The translations under genes were made by a program, and so were the position numbers. Positions 61,202 through 64,000 of a stretch of 64,000 nucleotides of DNA are shown here, in pieces. The stretch comes from Selaginella moellendorffii (taxonomy: Eukaryota > Plantae > Lycopodiophyta): assembly GCF_000143415.4 (NCBI RefSeq), contig NW_003314268.1:2744494-2808493 (forward strand). The letters run 5' to 3'. A model generated the notes under the pieces. The model saw only the letters and a list, made by a program, of their open reading frames with translations. It was not told the origin of the DNA and made no database searches. Within the stretch, counting starts at the first letter, position 1; each line of letters starts with the position of its first letter.

Positions 61202-61649
61202 TTCTATCAAATAAAATTTAATAATATATTAACTTTTAGTTTTATTAAAAATGTATTATAGGTAAAGCATATTATAATATCAGCCAATTTTAAATAATTT
61301 TATTTAAATATTAAAAAACAAATTCTAGCAAACTTGTCAGCTAAAAACATTAAAAAAACATTTTATAAGTAAATTTTTTAATATTGCCAGTTGTATGAAG
61401 GTAAATTTATGTTTAAAAATATATCAAAAATATGATATAGGAACATTAAAGGAACATTAAAGAAGGTTCACTATATTGTTGCTAAAAGAAGCTAGCTAAT
61501 AATATTATATCACATTAGAAGATAAAAGTATTCAGAAATAGTTTTATCAAAAGTATTTATTTATTTATTTTTTATAGTATTGAAATATCTTTAAAATTTA
61601 TATGAGAATTTTCATGATACTTTATTAAAGTAATTTAAAATACTAAAAT

Positions 61650-62464
61650 ATGTTAGCTATGATTTTCTTTTTCTTGATTCAACCATGTTATCAAGTTTCA
61701 TATACATGGGGAAATACAGGTAAGTTAAATGAACAAGATATCAATGATATTATTAATAAAGGAATTTATGAACTTACTAGAAAATTAATTCTTACTGAAA
61801 AATATTCACCAAAATATGTTGATTTTAAATTAATTACAGTTTCTCAAGGTATAGTTTGTGTGGCAATAAGAAGATTAGGGGGATTTTGTGATGAAGAATT
61901 TTTAAATATAACTATTAAAGGATCAACTATAAGCCGCCAAATAAATGAGCTAACTGAAAATCATCACCAATTAATGATTATACAAGGCGCAGATGCAGCA
62001 CAAATAACTGCACGTTTATATGAAATACAGTATGCTGTAATAATTTGGAAAAATAAAAGTACATATTTATCTAGAAGTAAATTCAATACTATCATTTCTT
62101 CACTTAAAGATTGTCATATTTCATTAACTACACTTGACAGTAGTTTTCCAATTTATCAAATATTATATAAAGGTAATTTTTTAATATCACAAAATAAAAA
62201 GAATTTGCTATTTTTACAATCTAATTAAATATAATATTTGAAACATCTAGTTTTTATGATAAGGGTAACTGTATTTTAATAAATCAAAATGATGGTAACT
62301 TAGTTTTATATGGTGGTAATTTTCAAAAATTTTTATGGTCCATAGAAAAATATTGTTCAATAAAACGTTGTTTTATTTTTACATATATAATATTACAAAA
62401 TGACTGTAATTTAGTATCTTACAAGTTAAATGCACTTAATACAGTTTGGTGGGCATTGAAGTAA
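61650..62464 (+). pseudogene. AT-rich frameshifted gene: signal peptide, unknown (possibly RIP-like) domain, and bulb-type/GNA mannose-binding lectin domain
   Basis: The 192-aa ORF ends in ILYKGNFLISQN..LLFLQSN. A shifted frame continues with QNDGNLVLY (62285-62311) and QNDCNLVSY (62396-62422), which are QxDxNxVxY motifs; stop at 62462-62464. Confidence 0.7.
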
Positions 62465-63659
62465 TTTTTATATATTGAGATTTTAATCAAAATAATCACA
62501 AGCTGCAATTGTAATAGACTCTCCAAGAATATCTAAGCATAATATAATACTGTGATTTTTTGGTCTTAAGCTTTTGTCAAATTGTAGTCAAGTTTTAAGG
62601 TTAATCTTTTTAATAAAAACTGTGAGATAGCATGATTTCAGCTACACTATCAATGAATTAAAACCATATCATTTAACTTGCTGTGAGCCCCACTTACAAT
62701 AGAAGTAAAAAGCAATCAATCATTCTCAGCCTAAGCTCAAACACTTGGCCAATGGTGTTCCAGTTGATGCCACAGCCAGATTGATAAGAAAAGGACTAGC
62801 AAAAGGATAGGCAAAGTAGAAGGCAAAGAAGGCTGTCTTAAGTTAGATTATGAAATTATTCCTATTATACCAGATTTGGTAGATGATACAATTACCGAGA
62901 AAGGTGATTGTCATTTACCTAGAAAAACAAGTAGTTCTGGCAAGGGAGCAATGTTATAAATGACACAATTGCCAAGAAAAGTGAATAACATCAACTTAGA
63001 ATTCCTATTGTGTTTGTCTCCTCTTCTTCTAGCAAAGGAACAATTGAAGACTCATTCTTAAAGACAAGAGAGTGAGGCTAAAAATAAGTGTAGGAGGAAA
63101 ATTATTGGCCTAGGGCAGAAACACAATAATGTGGTATAGATTTTGAAAGCTTATTTATAAAAATTAATTATATGACATGCTCGTCAGTCCTCTTCCGCGC
63201 CACCCAGCAACGCGGCCAGCTCCAGCAGCATCGGCATTGCCACAAGCGCCAGCGGCTCCCTCCGCAAGTGCTGCTGCTCCGCCGGCGCGGCCGCCTTGAC
63301 CCCAGCGCCAACAGCAGGAGAACAGCAGGAAAAAGCAAAAGAAGGAAGAATGGAGGTTCAACGACAGCGAGGCTCCTGAAAGGAGGTATCAAGATCAAAG
63401 CCAAACATGGCCATTTGCTGCGAGCATGCCTTCAGGTTAGAACTATCTATGGTTTTTTTTGTGTGTTGGATTTGATTGTTTTTATTTGTTCTCCTCGACC
63501 CCTTTGAATTGATGCTGCTACTGCTACTCGCGACCTAGCGAACAACTAGTGGCGAGCCTGCATCCACGACGATACACTGAAGACATGGTCACAACCGAAA
63601 CTGCAGTAAATTAAGAGTTTTGCCTTTTCATTTCTTTTTCATATTTGTTCTTGGAAATC

Positions 63660-63900
63660 GTAGGGCCGTGTGTCAAACACCTATGGCTTTGCATACGCTA
63701 CCCCATCCAGCTTGGAAGGAGGCAGGTGACACTATCGCACGAGCTGGCCCAGGGTTCGAGTTACCATCCGAAGACGCTCTACGCACTATCCTGCTGGATC
63801 GTGCTTATGGCAAGAGCAAGGTGGCAAGGGTGATGGAAAATCACGCAGCGAATTCTCTCCCTGGACACAAAAACAACGTCATGCTCATATCTGTGCGCAT
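63660..63900 (+). mobile_element. hAT-type transposase fragment (DUF659-like)
   Basis: HPAWKEAGDTIARAGPGFELPSEDALRTILLD resembles the hAT GPGFxPPSYxxLRxxLL segment; the frame degenerates afterwards. Confidence 0.5.
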
Positions 63901-64000
63901 CGAGACTTACGACCACACCATTCAAGTTCGTGAATTGGGAATCACAGGTACGTAACATTTTCTATTACAGTGTCTGTTTTCTGAGGTGAGGCCATTGCTG

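Noticed and set aside
63168-63404. Cys/Trp-rich small secreted peptide
   Set aside because: It has a non-ATG start, and the hydrophobic run is the antisense of a purine-rich tract next to the hAT remnant.
1-64000. CRISPR array or prokaryotic operon/defence system
   Set aside because: Spliceosomal introns occur throughout and there are no regularly spaced repeats with unique spacers.

Overview
Gene-dense plant nuclear DNA with very short introns (mostly about 45-100 nt), tiny intergenic spacers, PLS/DYW PPR genes and a flagellar enkurin gene. This suggests a seed-free land plant with motile sperm, and it looks Selaginella-like (inference). Positions 1-51 kb hold about 17 intact genes: NEK kinase, PPR, GT47, guanylate kinase, type I MADS, PRP40C, FAB1, APY7-like apyrase, GDP-mannose pyrophosphorylase, AFG1-like ATPase, NOL6/Utp22, PPR-DYW, enkurin, GH9, hyccin, homocysteine S-methyltransferase and GH27. 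The same stretch has a tRNA-Leu(AAG), an intronic box C/D snoRNA, deletion-riddled copies of eIF5B, FAB1 and U6, and a 308-bp foldback element. Positions 51-64 kb are AT-rich decayed repeats, an LTR-retrotransposon gag remnant, a lectin-containing pseudogene and a hAT fragment. The best leads are: (1) a stop-containing cassette exon in splicing factor PRP40C, bracketed by a 17/18-bp complementary pair; (2) an AFG1 ATPase fused to a C-terminal EF-hand pair; (3) an AT-rich ORF with possible RIP-like motifs joined to a GNA lectin domain; (4) the snoRNA in NOL6; (5) a peptide uORF in the NEK leader. Exon boundaries and family calls were read by eye and were not checked by database search.
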